Below, piece by piece: positions 17,678-26,995 of a stretch of DNA of 64,000 bases. Every line of letters begins with the position of its first letter. The first letter of the stretch is position 1. The notes beneath the pieces were generated by a model. The model saw nothing but the letters and a program-made list of their open reading frames with translations. It made no database searches and was not told the origin of the DNA. The position numbers and the translations under genes are program-made. Source of the DNA: a virus; the IMG/VR virus record IMGVR_UViG_3300028608_000007, positions 1 through 64,000 of that record; one strand, written 5' to 3'.

Positions 17678-20191
17678 ATGGCCGCGACCTATACTTACCC
17701 ATTTGACCCCACCGGTTCCGCGACTACGAACGCCGTTGCAAACGAGCGGCACGTACTGTCACCCCCGGCGTGGACAGACTTTTACTTCATCGTTCCGAAG
17801 TATGCACCGTACTTCCGGGACTCGCTCCGGGTAATCCATCGTCCTTCCGGCAAGCTGTTGGTCGAAGGGCAAGATTACCACTGCACCCACTACTTCCACG
17901 CAGCGTCTCATGGCGTGGCTCGTCGGGTGTATGGTTCGATCACGTTCCTCGATAAGACCCTCACCGGTGTTGCCGAGATCAGTTATCAGACCATCGGTGG
18001 CGACTGGATTCTGGATGCCTCGGCTGACCTCACTCGTCTGACGAACACCCAGCTCAACCCGCGCATCACTACTTGGGAACAAGTGGTCGACGTGCCGTAT
18101 CAATTCCCACCGATCGATCACGAGTGGAACCTGGAAGACCTCAAGGGCGTTGAAGCCATCCTCCCGATTCTGGAAGAGATGACTGAAGCTATCCGTGAGT
18201 CGGCAGGTAGTGACTTCGCGCTTCACATCAACGATAAGAACAACCCTCACAACGTCACTAAGGCGCAGGTAGGGTTGGACCAAGTTCAGAACTTCCCATT
18301 GGCGAACATCACCGAGGCCCAACAGGCCACGTTGAACACTCGCTACATGACGCCTGTTCGCACCAAGAACTTTGTCGACTTCTACGTTGTACCGTTGATC
18401 GACGCTCACAAGAACGACCTCAACAACCCGCACGGTACGACCAAGGCGCAGGTTGGCCTCGGAAGTGTCCAGAACTACGGTATGGCCACCCAGGCCGAAG
18501 CCGAAGCTGGTCTGGTAGCCAACAAATACATGACCCCGCTGCAAACCAAGCAGGCGATTGAAGCGTTGGCAAACTCGGGTCTCACCACCCACATTGCGGA
18601 CAAGAACAACCCTCACGGCACCACGAAGGCCCAAGTAGGTCTGGGGTCCGTAGAGAACTTACCGCTGGCAACTGTTGCAGAAGCCGAAGCAGCTTCGCGT
18701 AACGACCGCTACATGACTCCGCTGACTACTGCGGCAGCCATCAACACCTTGGTCGGTGAGTCCCTGACTCTCCACATCAACGCTACCAACAACCCGCACA
18801 TGGTCAACAAGGCTCAGGTAGGTTTAGGTAACGTCTTGAACTATGGCATCGCAACCGATGCTGATTCGGCTGCGGGTACCCGCAACGATCTGTACATGAC
18901 GCCGTTGCAGACCAAGAAGGCTATCGAGTCGCTGGCCACTGGTTCCATCGCAGCTCACTTGGCAGATGACCAGAACCCACACGCCACTACCAAAGCACAA
19001 GTTGGTTTGGGTAGCGTGCAGAACTTCCCAATCGCAAACACGACGGAAGCTCAACTGGGTGAGTCGAACTCTCGCTATATGACCCCGCTGATGACGGCTG
19101 CGGCTATCGAAGCGCGTGTTGGTGAGACGGGTGTGGCTACTCACATCTCGGACTACAACAACCCACACCGGGTGACTGCTGCTCAAGTTGGTGCTCCTAC
19201 TACCGCTGCGATGAACACTGCGCTGCTGAGTAAACTGGATGCTACCGCTCAGGCTGCTGACTCCAAGTTGCTGGAAGGTCAAACGGTTGCACAGATCATC
19301 GCGGCTGCTGGTGGTGTGAAAGCACCTGACTCGGCTAAGCTCGATGGTAAGACCTACGCGGAAGTTCTGGCTGCTGCTCAGGCTCAGAAAGCTGCCGACA
19401 GCTTCAAGCTGGAAGGTAAGACTCTGGCTCAAGTGATTGCCCAAGCGAACGCTGACGTTGGTAAGCAGGATGTGGCTGTTCAGTACTCCTTCCCAGAGAT
19501 TCCATCTGGTGCTACCAACTGGCTTCAACTGGCACGCACGAACTACCTGCCTACCGACGAGCCTCAAGACTTGGTTCTGTTGATCGCTGGTGGTGGTCGT
19601 ACCGATGGTACTGCCGAAGCGCATCCGACCATTCTGGTTCGTATGGGTTACGCAGGCGACACCATTGAAGTCACCATGCTGAGCCAAGGCGTCCTGCCGA
19701 CGTTCGAGCTGTATCGTCAACCTCTGGCTGGCGGTTTCGGTGCTCTGTGGGCACGTACCACTGTGGGTTGCTACCCGCTCAACGTGACGGTCCTGTCTGG
19801 TAAAGGAAACCTCGTATACGACACCAGTGTCGATCCGACTACTACTGTACCGGCTAGTGCTGTGAAGGCTACCTTCCTGCTCCGTGCCGATCAACGTGAA
19901 GGCAGCACCAAGGTCATTCACGAACAGGTCAGCGTAGCAGCCGGTGCGTGGAAAGAATACGCGTTGAAGACTTACATCGACACCGCTGTTCACAACGTTC
20001 CTGGTACTGAAGTCCGTGTGCGGATTCTCGACCAAGTTGCAGGGTCCCCGACTCTGAACCAACTGATCGACGCCGAAGCGCTCGTGACCACGTCGTTGGA
20101 TCTCACGGCTGCTGCTCCGAAGGCTCGGATCTACAACGCCTCCTCCACTGCCTTGACCCTGAACATTCGGGTAGAGGTGCCTCGTACTTAA
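17678..20191 (+). CDS. Tail fibre protein 1
   Basis: N-terminal YPFDPTG baseplate-attachment-like domain, six NPH..TKAQVGL shaft repeats, distinct C-terminal domain. Confidence 0.85.
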   Translation: MAATYTYPFDPTGSATTNAVANERHVLSPPAWTDFYFIVPKYAPYFRDSLRVIHRPSGKLLVEGQDYHCTHYFHAASHGVARRVYGSITFLDKTLTGVAEISYQTIGGDWILDASADLTRLTNTQLNPRITTWEQVVDVPYQFPPIDHEWNLEDLKGVEAILPILEEMTEAIRESAGSDFALHINDKNNPHNVTKAQVGLDQVQNFPLANITEAQQATLNTRYMTPVRTKNFVDFYVVPLIDAHKNDLNNPHGTTKAQVGLGSVQNYGMATQAEAEAGLVANKYMTPLQTKQAIEALANSGLTTHIADKNNPHGTTKAQVGLGSVENLPLATVAEAEAASRNDRYMTPLTTAAAINTLVGESLTLHINATNNPHMVNKAQVGLGNVLNYGIATDADSAAGTRNDLYMTPLQTKKAIESLATGSIAAHLADDQNPHATTKAQVGLGSVQNFPIANTTEAQLGESNSRYMTPLMTAAAIEARVGETGVATHISDYNNPHRVTAAQVGAPTTAAMNTALLSKLDATAQAADSKLLEGQTVAQIIAAAGGVKAPDSAKLDGKTYAEVLAAAQAQKAADSFKLEGKTLAQVIAQANADVGKQDVAVQYSFPEIPSGATNWLQLARTNYLPTDEPQDLVLLIAGGGRTDGTAEAHPTILVRMGYAGDTIEVTMLSQGVLPTFELYRQPLAGGFGALWARTTVGCYPLNVTVLSGKGNLVYDTSVDPTTTVPASAVKATFLLRADQREGSTKVIHEQVSVAAGAWKEYALKTYIDTAVHNVPGTEVRVRILDQVAGSPTLNQLIDAEALVTTSLDLTAAAPKARIYNASSTALTLNIRVEVPRT
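18242..19200 (+). repeat. 61-aa (183-nt) tail-fibre shaft repeats
   Basis: NPH motifs at 18242, 18425, 18608, 18791, 18974 (183-nt spacing) and 19160. Confidence 0.9.
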
Positions 20192-20199
20192 GGTGACAT

Positions 20200-23184
20200 A
20201 TGGCTAACCTGTCGTTAAGCGTTGCTCCGGGGTACTACCTCGAGGCGCAACATGCGGATTGGGTGCTTAGCTCTGAAGTTGACTTCATTAGCTTTGCGCT
20301 CAATGGCGCACAACCCGCCCTGTCGAAGTACATCGCTTACGACACCCTGACTCCGGCTAACCCCTTCATTGCGGTAACGGAGGACGGGAACGGTCGTGTG
20401 GTGTACGATGGTGGGTTCCCTAAGTTCTACAACTCGTTTGCACCGACAGCGGGTCTTGATCCGCTGTTCAGCTTGGAGTTCCGTGGGACCAAAGACAGTC
20501 CTGGCGCTGATGGTAACGCCTACTACTACGACCTGTTTTCAACTGTTGCGGTAACAATCGCAGCCGGTGACAAATTGGTGTACGACATCTGGTGTAACAG
20601 TCCAGATGCTCGTGTGGGGGTGGACGGCATCACCAACGCTACGATCATCAATGGTCCTCCATTCCTGTACTCGCTACGAGACTGGAAGCAGCAAGGAAGT
20701 GTGCTCAAGGATCAGAACGGAATCTCGATCCACCCAGCGTCAGACCACTCAGCTTATTCAGCGAACAAGTGGTACCACCGGGAGTTCGATCTGACCCAAG
20801 CGGCCGGATACCAGTTCATCAAATGGAGTTTGGCATACGAAGGTGAAACGAACGGGGTGTTCTACACTCGGTTCAAAGAGGTCTACGTCATTGACAAAAA
20901 CGGTAAGGTGAAAGCCACGCTGTTCAAAGACCGGATCACTATCCCTTCGGGCACCCCAAGCTACCCCGGCGCTTCGGGTTACTCGAACATCTCCACTGGC
21001 ATTTACGATCCTCGTAGCAACCTCTCGGCGGCTTTCAAGTATCTGTTCAATGCCATTCGCTGGGTGTCGAAGAAGAGCCTTGAAGAGGCAGGTACCAAGA
21101 AGATCCTGATCTTGGGCGACGCCTCGCTGGCTGGTACTGCCAACTACCGGATCAAAGGTACTGGTAACGGTGATTTCAATACCAGTCTAACTAACCTTTG
21201 TACTGCTGTTGGGTTTACCCCTACATTTAAAGACGTGTCGGACTATAGTGGCGGTTTGCTTAACGCCACGTTGGCCGAGATGAATCAGTACAACTGTGTG
21301 TTACTGATGGGTTCTCAGAGCGGTACGTCGGCACTGATCACCACGTCAATGATCCAAGATATCCAGACATACCGCCAACAAGGTGGTGGGATCATCATGA
21401 TCACCGACCACGGTAACGATATTGCGACCATTGGTAATGCTTATCCTCCTGCGAGTGGTGTAGCGTTCTTCCACTTGGTTAACGCCGTGGCGGTGAACTT
21501 TGGTGCTTGGTTCTCAGGCAACTTTGACCGGACGCCTGTTAACGTTGGGTTCCTTCGCACCAACTATGGTGACCACCCCTTGTACGATGGGATGACCAAT
21601 GCTGAGTCAATCGCTGCGGGCACTTCTGAGTCCAAGGTGATCGTCAGTAACCCACCTCAGTATCGTCCTCCGATTGCGGGGATCGATATCACCCAGCAAG
21701 GTGTGAACACGGTCCGTGTAATGGCGTCGTTGAAAGACGGCACCATGGAAGCGTACAGCTTTGTTTACGTGATCGCCACGGGTCAGTTGATCGTCTTCCG
21801 TGATCCAGAGGGCACTGAGATCAACGCGTTGCCAGCCTCCTTGAGTTCTAAGGTGGACTTCAACGTTGAGTTGATCGGTGCAGGTCTGGGTACGTTGGTG
21901 GGTGATGTTCGTCTCAACGGGAAGACGGTAGCTCAGCTTTCCTTCGACACCACTGACGGTTCTGTGCAGAAGTGGATTGGTGGTGGGTCTAACCAGCTCT
22001 TCGTTAATAAGGGTGATGTCTTCGAGGCTCGGATCACCAGTCCGTTCTCGTACGCGCGTAACCTTCCGGTAAACCGATTGGTACCTAGCCTTGTGGGTCT
22101 GCGTAAACTCCCTGACGTTGTTAAGGAATTGCGTGGCAACGGATTCAGCACCAGTAAACCGAAAGAGACGGTACTCGACGCCGTGAACTACATGACGCGT
22201 GAATTCCCAGCCTTGGGGTACACGCCGAAGGGTGACTACGCTCGGGACATCGCTCAGCTCCAAGGGTTCTGGGGTTCAGAGCCGACTAAGCCGGATCAAG
22301 GTGTTTACATCTATCCGACTTTGACTGCTGCCCAAGAAGCCATGGGGCGGTTGTCTCCACCGACTCCCCAACAGGTCTTCAACACATGGGACCGTTTCAC
22401 CAGTAACGAGTACTTCGTTGGTGGTGTGGGAGCTACTGGGGATGCGGCAGCTTGGCAGTGGAACGACTCCTTGGGTGCTGCGGTACAACCGTTGAACACT
22501 GCGTCGTGGAACGGTTTCATCTCCCCTGACGTGGTGGACAGTTACGAGCTGGACGTGGTGATTAAGTCGGATAACGCCGACGATGACACCAACGGTCTCG
22601 TGTTGGCCTTCAACCGCCAGAACAACATCAACCACCGACTGATCTTGGCGTTGAACCAAGGTGGTAACACACCTGCGGCTTCCCACTCGATCGGCCTTTA
22701 CAGTACGTCCACGCAACATTTGGTCTTGAATGACTTCGCTGGGCGTAAGTCCAACGCGGCGTTCCCGACTGATGGTGGTTGGCGAGGTAAGTTCAGCCGT
22801 GTGAAAGTTATACGGTCAGGCAACTACTTCAAAGTGTTGGCTAGTCAGTGGAACTCGTTAGTCTTGGACCCTGCGTCCTTGATGGAGTTGACACTGGACG
22901 ATTCCGCACTCCAGGCTCAGTTTAAAGGGCCTAAAGCATGGGGCTTCATCAACTACTCCCAGTCTCAGTCGTACTTCACTCTGCGCAGTTACAAAGGCGG
23001 TCCTTTGAAGGACGTCGTCGTGGTGGCAGCTACCGGAGCGGTGTACTTCTACGGTTCCAATGGGTGGGAGTTGATTGCAGGTACTACTGCGAAAGATGTC
23101 TTCGGATACCCTCGTAAGTTGACTAACCCCGAAACTGGTGCGTCGTTCATGGTCAACGCGAACGGCACGATCACAGCACTTTGA
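20200..23184 (+). CDS. Large tail-fibre-associated / receptor-binding protein
   Basis: 994 aa between two fibre genes; beta-rich modules, C-terminal DDDTNGLVLAF lectin-like motif. Confidence 0.65.
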   Translation: MANLSLSVAPGYYLEAQHADWVLSSEVDFISFALNGAQPALSKYIAYDTLTPANPFIAVTEDGNGRVVYDGGFPKFYNSFAPTAGLDPLFSLEFRGTKDSPGADGNAYYYDLFSTVAVTIAAGDKLVYDIWCNSPDARVGVDGITNATIINGPPFLYSLRDWKQQGSVLKDQNGISIHPASDHSAYSANKWYHREFDLTQAAGYQFIKWSLAYEGETNGVFYTRFKEVYVIDKNGKVKATLFKDRITIPSGTPSYPGASGYSNISTGIYDPRSNLSAAFKYLFNAIRWVSKKSLEEAGTKKILILGDASLAGTANYRIKGTGNGDFNTSLTNLCTAVGFTPTFKDVSDYSGGLLNATLAEMNQYNCVLLMGSQSGTSALITTSMIQDIQTYRQQGGGIIMITDHGNDIATIGNAYPPASGVAFFHLVNAVAVNFGAWFSGNFDRTPVNVGFLRTNYGDHPLYDGMTNAESIAAGTSESKVIVSNPPQYRPPIAGIDITQQGVNTVRVMASLKDGTMEAYSFVYVIATGQLIVFRDPEGTEINALPASLSSKVDFNVELIGAGLGTLVGDVRLNGKTVAQLSFDTTDGSVQKWIGGGSNQLFVNKGDVFEARITSPFSYARNLPVNRLVPSLVGLRKLPDVVKELRGNGFSTSKPKETVLDAVNYMTREFPALGYTPKGDYARDIAQLQGFWGSEPTKPDQGVYIYPTLTAAQEAMGRLSPPTPQQVFNTWDRFTSNEYFVGGVGATGDAAAWQWNDSLGAAVQPLNTASWNGFISPDVVDSYELDVVIKSDNADDDTNGLVLAFNRQNNINHRLILALNQGGNTPAASHSIGLYSTSTQHLVLNDFAGRKSNAAFPTDGGWRGKFSRVKVIRSGNYFKVLASQWNSLVLDPASLMELTLDDSALQAQFKGPKAWGFINYSQSQSYFTLRSYKGGPLKDVVVVAATGAVYFYGSNGWELIAGTTAKDVFGYPRKLTNPETGASFMVNANGTITAL

Positions 23185-23199
23185 TAAACAGGAAAGGTT

Positions 23200-24828
23200 A
23201 TGGGCACTATCATTGTTAAGTACCCTGAAGACCCAACGGGGATCAACCCCAACAACCTGGTCATCAACGAGCCTCACGATCTTGGAGCAGGGCGCAATCG
23301 CGCCTTTGTTCCTAACTACGGTTCCTACTTCACGGAATCGATGATCGTTACTGAGGCTGCGACCGGGCGGGTCCTCACCAAGGGTACGCACTACATCGCT
23401 GCACAGTTGCAACAAGAAGCCACTCTGGCGATGGACAAAGAGATTTGTGCCGTCGTTGTCATCACTGACCCGAGTGTACAGGACCAACTGTTGTTCACCT
23501 ACCAAGTTGTTGGTGGTGTGTTCAGCACGTCGGTCTCCGCGTTGCAGAAAATGATCGAAGACCTCGATCTGGACGAGCGGGCTGTTGAGTGGGGCGCCAT
23601 CATTGGTAAGCCTACTGCTTTCCCACCTGCTCCTCACCTCCACGATATCGGCGACCTGTACGGTTTCGAATACCTCGTGGAAGCACTGGATGCGCTGCGT
23701 AACGCCATCTTGATCGGTGACGAAGCTGCGCACGATGAACTGCGACAGTACATCCAGTACGAAGACGGGTTGCTGCGGGCAAGCATTGCTGAGCTGAAAG
23801 GTCAGTTCGATGCTCACGCCCAAGACAAGAACAACCCGCATGGTACTACCAAAGCTCAGGTCGGACTTGGTTCGGTCGAGAACTACGGTATCGCTACCAC
23901 TGCCGAAGCCCAAGCAGGTACTTCCAACGCGAAGTACATGACTCCTCTGCGTACGGCCGAAGCGATTGCTCAGCAAGCGTTGATTCCTTTGAACGCACAC
24001 ATTGCGGACAAGAACAATCCACACCAAACCACTAAAGCCCAAGTTGGCTTGGGTAGTGTGGAGAACTACGCGATTGCCACCACGGCAGAAGCGCAGGCCG
24101 GTACCAGTGACGTGAAGTACATGACGCCTTTGAAAACCAAAGACGCCATTGCCCAACAAGCACTGATCCCCCTGAACAACCACATCGCCGATAAGAATAA
24201 CCCCCACCAGACCACCAAGGCACAGGTTGGGTTAGGTTCCGTTGAGAACTACGGCATTGCGACGACCGCTGAGGCTCAAACGGGTACCAGCGATATCAAG
24301 TACATGACTCCGTTGAAGACCGCACAAGCGATCTCTCAGCAGGCTCTCGTACCGCTGAATGCTCACATCGCTGACAAAGGTAACCCTCACGGTACGACCA
24401 AGGCGCAAGTGGGCTTGTCGGATGTGGACAACTTCGCAACAGCTACTCAGGCTGAGGCTCAGGCTGGTGTGCTGAACACCAAGTTCATGACGCCGCTGCG
24501 AACTGCGCAGGCTATTGCCCAGCAAGTGGGGAACACCCTGACGGCTCACATCAACAACCAGTCGAACCCTCACAACGTGACCAAGTCGCAGATCGGTCTA
24601 AGTCTGATTCCGAACTCGATCACTCGTAGTCGGGCTACCAACTCTGACGGTTCGTTGCTGACGGCTGGCGGTATGTACGATCACGTGAACTCTGCGGACC
24701 ACGATGCTCGTTACGCTCCGAAGAACACGGCAGGCGTTGACTGCTCGGTTCACTGGAACGGTGCAGGTGTGTACGTCTGGGGCGGTGGTGCATGGCGTCA
24801 AGTGTGGCCTGCTCAGTGGGCTGCGTAG
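23200..24828 (+). CDS. Tail fibre protein 2
   Basis: N-terminus paralogous to fibre 1 (YPEDPTG), five NPH motifs, short Trp-rich C-terminus. Confidence 0.85.
   Translation: MGTIIVKYPEDPTGINPNNLVINEPHDLGAGRNRAFVPNYGSYFTESMIVTEAATGRVLTKGTHYIAAQLQQEATLAMDKEICAVVVITDPSVQDQLLFTYQVVGGVFSTSVSALQKMIEDLDLDERAVEWGAIIGKPTAFPPAPHLHDIGDLYGFEYLVEALDALRNAILIGDEAAHDELRQYIQYEDGLLRASIAELKGQFDAHAQDKNNPHGTTKAQVGLGSVENYGIATTAEAQAGTSNAKYMTPLRTAEAIAQQALIPLNAHIADKNNPHQTTKAQVGLGSVENYAIATTAEAQAGTSDVKYMTPLKTKDAIAQQALIPLNNHIADKNNPHQTTKAQVGLGSVENYGIATTAEAQTGTSDIKYMTPLKTAQAISQQALVPLNAHIADKGNPHGTTKAQVGLSDVDNFATATQAEAQAGVLNTKFMTPLRTAQAIAQQVGNTLTAHINNQSNPHNVTKSQIGLSLIPNSITRSRATNSDGSLLTAGGMYDHVNSADHDARYAPKNTAGVDCSVHWNGAGVYVWGGGAWRQVWPAQWAA
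23827..24600 (+). repeat. 61-aa (183-nt) near-identical shaft repeats
   Basis: KNNPH(G/Q)TTKAQVGLGSVENY.IATTAEAQ.GTS..KYMTPL.T unit, about four copies; first two start at 23827 and 24010. Confidence 0.9.
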
Positions 24829-24884
24829 TAAAAGTTTAGTGTGTATGACAATGGTATAGATTTTCTATACGTGGGTGAAAAGAA

Positions 24885-25394
24885 ATGGGTAATGTGAGTA
24901 GTGGTTCTTTATTCCAATATATCACAGAGTCTACCCTAAGGGTAGACGACATCCTTAGTAGTCCTTACCCCTTTGAGCAACAGCTTGTAAAGATTCTCAA
25001 CAAGGGCATTGTCATCGACGCTCTAAGTGCTTCGGATGTATTGGAGCACTCTGATAAGGTCATCAAGATTGAAGGAATGGAGAAACTCTGTCCAGTCCTG
25101 TTCAAGGCTTGCAAAGACCTGGCAGAAGTCATGGAACATGATGGGCCTGTAACTTGCCATCTGTTCCTGTCTCCTGTTGGGGGCAAGAGCTTCCCAACAC
25201 ACACTGATCCTGACGACGTGTTTTTGTACATGGTCAGTGGTATGAAACACATGGCGGTCAATGACAACGTTAAACTGCTCACCGCAGGAGACTCGTTGTT
25301 GATCCCTCGGAACACACCCCACAGAGCACACAACCTGAACGCCTCGAAGATGTTGAGCTTTGGGTTGGAACGCTTTATTGTTGAGAAGCTCTGA
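24885..25394 (+). CDS. JmjC/cupin-family hydroxylase
   Basis: HLFLSP.GG.SFPTHTDPDDVF (HxD) ... GDSLLIPRNTPHRA (distal His). Confidence 0.75.
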   Translation: MGNVSSGSLFQYITESTLRVDDILSSPYPFEQQLVKILNKGIVIDALSASDVLEHSDKVIKIEGMEKLCPVLFKACKDLAEVMEHDGPVTCHLFLSPVGGKSFPTHTDPDDVFLYMVSGMKHMAVNDNVKLLTAGDSLLIPRNTPHRAHNLNASKMLSFGLERFIVEKL

Positions 25395-26428
25395 TGACCA
25401 AGACTATCTACGTCAAGACCACTGGCAGTTGCAACTTGAACTGCCAGCATTGTTTCACCGGAGGCCGTAACGGTGACCGGACACAGTTCGATCCCCAGCA
25501 GTACGGGGATTGGATTGAGGACTACATGTCCAAACATCCTCGGGGGACTCAGTATCACCTTGAGTTCCACGGGGGTGAACCTTTCCTTGTGCCGTTAGCC
25601 AAGCTTACAGAGTTGGCTGATCGGTTCTTTGAGCGGGAAGGGGTGTCGATGTGTGCGAACAGTAACCTCACGTTCAAGATCACAGATGACATCCTTGCCT
25701 TTATCCAGAAGTATTTCTACGGCCACATTGGTACGAGTTGGGACCACTGGATTCGCTGGAGTAATCAAAAGCAATTTGATCTCTGGCGCTCAAATCTTTC
25801 TATGCTCCGCGAGCACGGAGTATGTATTTACTTAAAGGTGTCTGTCAGTCGGGAGTTGATCAACACCACGGCTGATTGGTTCTTGGATCAGATCGAAAGC
25901 TTTGGGGTGAGTGAAGTCTCCTTGGAGCGGTTGACCTGTGATGGCAATGCCAAAGAGAATATGGACATCTTCCCAGACAACGAGGCGCAGGACAACTGGT
26001 ACCTCGAGCTGTACAAGCGTTACAAGCAACGCAAGCCCAAAGTCAAGATCCGCACCTTGGACATTCTCGAAGAGAAGCTTAAGTACAACGTGGTGGCTGT
26101 GGATACCAACTGTCGCAACTGTGAACAGAACTTGGTGACCATGAACTCCAACGGGACCTTAGGCGGTTGTCCAAACGTAGCCTCTGCTCGAAAGCACGCA
26201 CGTTTAGAACAGGGGGCTGATGCATTCCTGAACTCCGAAGACCGAGTGTCCGAGATCGCTAAGGAACTGACGTGGGGTGATGGTTGCCTTAATTGTGACG
26301 TCTTCGATTTATGCGGTGGCGACTGTCACCGATTGCCTTGGCAGCAAGGTCGCTGTGGCGGCTTGAAGAATACGCTGAGGTATCTGTCGGGACGTTCTAC
26401 TCAGTCCAATTTGATTATCAAGGTGTGA
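25394..26428 (+). CDS. Radical SAM/SPASM protein 1
   Basis: CNLNCQHC, FHGGEPF, C-terminal CRNC..CP..CLNC..C.GDC..C auxiliary-cluster cysteines. Confidence 0.92.
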   Translation: MTKTIYVKTTGSCNLNCQHCFTGGRNGDRTQFDPQQYGDWIEDYMSKHPRGTQYHLEFHGGEPFLVPLAKLTELADRFFEREGVSMCANSNLTFKITDDILAFIQKYFYGHIGTSWDHWIRWSNQKQFDLWRSNLSMLREHGVCIYLKVSVSRELINTTADWFLDQIESFGVSEVSLERLTCDGNAKENMDIFPDNEAQDNWYLELYKRYKQRKPKVKIRTLDILEEKLKYNVVAVDTNCRNCEQNLVTMNSNGTLGGCPNVASARKHARLEQGADAFLNSEDRVSEIAKELTWGDGCLNCDVFDLCGGDCHRLPWQQGRCGGLKNTLRYLSGRSTQSNLIIKV

Positions 26429-26429
26429 A

Positions 26430-26984
26430 ATGACGGACGTAACAAGACAGAGCGTCGCTGACTTATTCAACGGCGTCGTGCGTGCCAACGCCAACGCTGG
26501 TATCTCGTGGGGCAACAACAACTATCCTGCTGGTGCTCTGGCAGGTTGGTTCGGTGGCTCCACTGGTGGTTTGGCCTTAGCAATGGGTGCTGGTGACATT
26601 GCTGCGGGTAACCTCTCCGCTTCTAACGTAGCTGCTGTGCTGCGTAACTTCACTAACCAGTGGTCTGCTATCCGCCGTACGCGCATCGTGATCTACTACG
26701 CGTGGAACAGTGGTGAGGACTTTGTCAACTCTGGTGTGAACGTGCAGTATGATGGTACAGCCATTGCCTATACTGCGTACCCGGCTGGAGCGCCTGGTAA
26801 CAACGCAGCATTGCCTGGTCTGGCTCAAGGGGCTAACGTCTCTTACAGCAACATGCAGGCGTGCGTGAATAACCTGTGGGGTCAGTACTACGAGATGTGC
26901 CGTAACACCACCCTGACTCTCACCAACACTGTCTGCCACACAAGCTGCCACGACAACTGCCACTGTGCACGCGGTCGTCGTTAA
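26430..26984 (+). CDS. Gly/Ala/Asn-rich protein with C-terminal CHxxCHxxCHC motif (candidate radical SAM substrate)
   Basis: 184 aa; all six Cys in last ~40 aa; ends CHTSCHDNCHCARGRR. Confidence 0.75.
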   Translation: MTDVTRQSVADLFNGVVRANANAGISWGNNNYPAGALAGWFGGSTGGLALAMGAGDIAAGNLSASNVAAVLRNFTNQWSAIRRTRIVIYYAWNSGEDFVNSGVNVQYDGTAIAYTAYPAGAPGNNAALPGLAQGANVSYSNMQACVNNLWGQYYEMCRNTTLTLTNTVCHTSCHDNCHCARGRR

Positions 26985-26995
26985 GGAGAACCCCA

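Noticed and set aside
18824-24207. Long minus-strand ORFs (412, 218, 449 aa and others)
   Set aside because: Antisense shadows of the fibre genes
23827-24600. Regular direct repeats as a possible CRISPR array or DGR template
   Set aside because: In-frame 183-nt coding repeats with synonymous variation, no spacers and no reverse transcriptase in the window
24844-24880. TATG late-promoter core and a 7-bp GTATAGA-TTT-TCTATAC hairpin upstream of the cluster
   Set aside because: A 4-mer and a weak AT-rich stem are too little to call a promoter or terminator
26973-26984. C-terminal Gly-Arg-Arg as an amidation signal
   Set aside because: That is a eukaryotic processing signal, and no relevant enzyme is recognisable here
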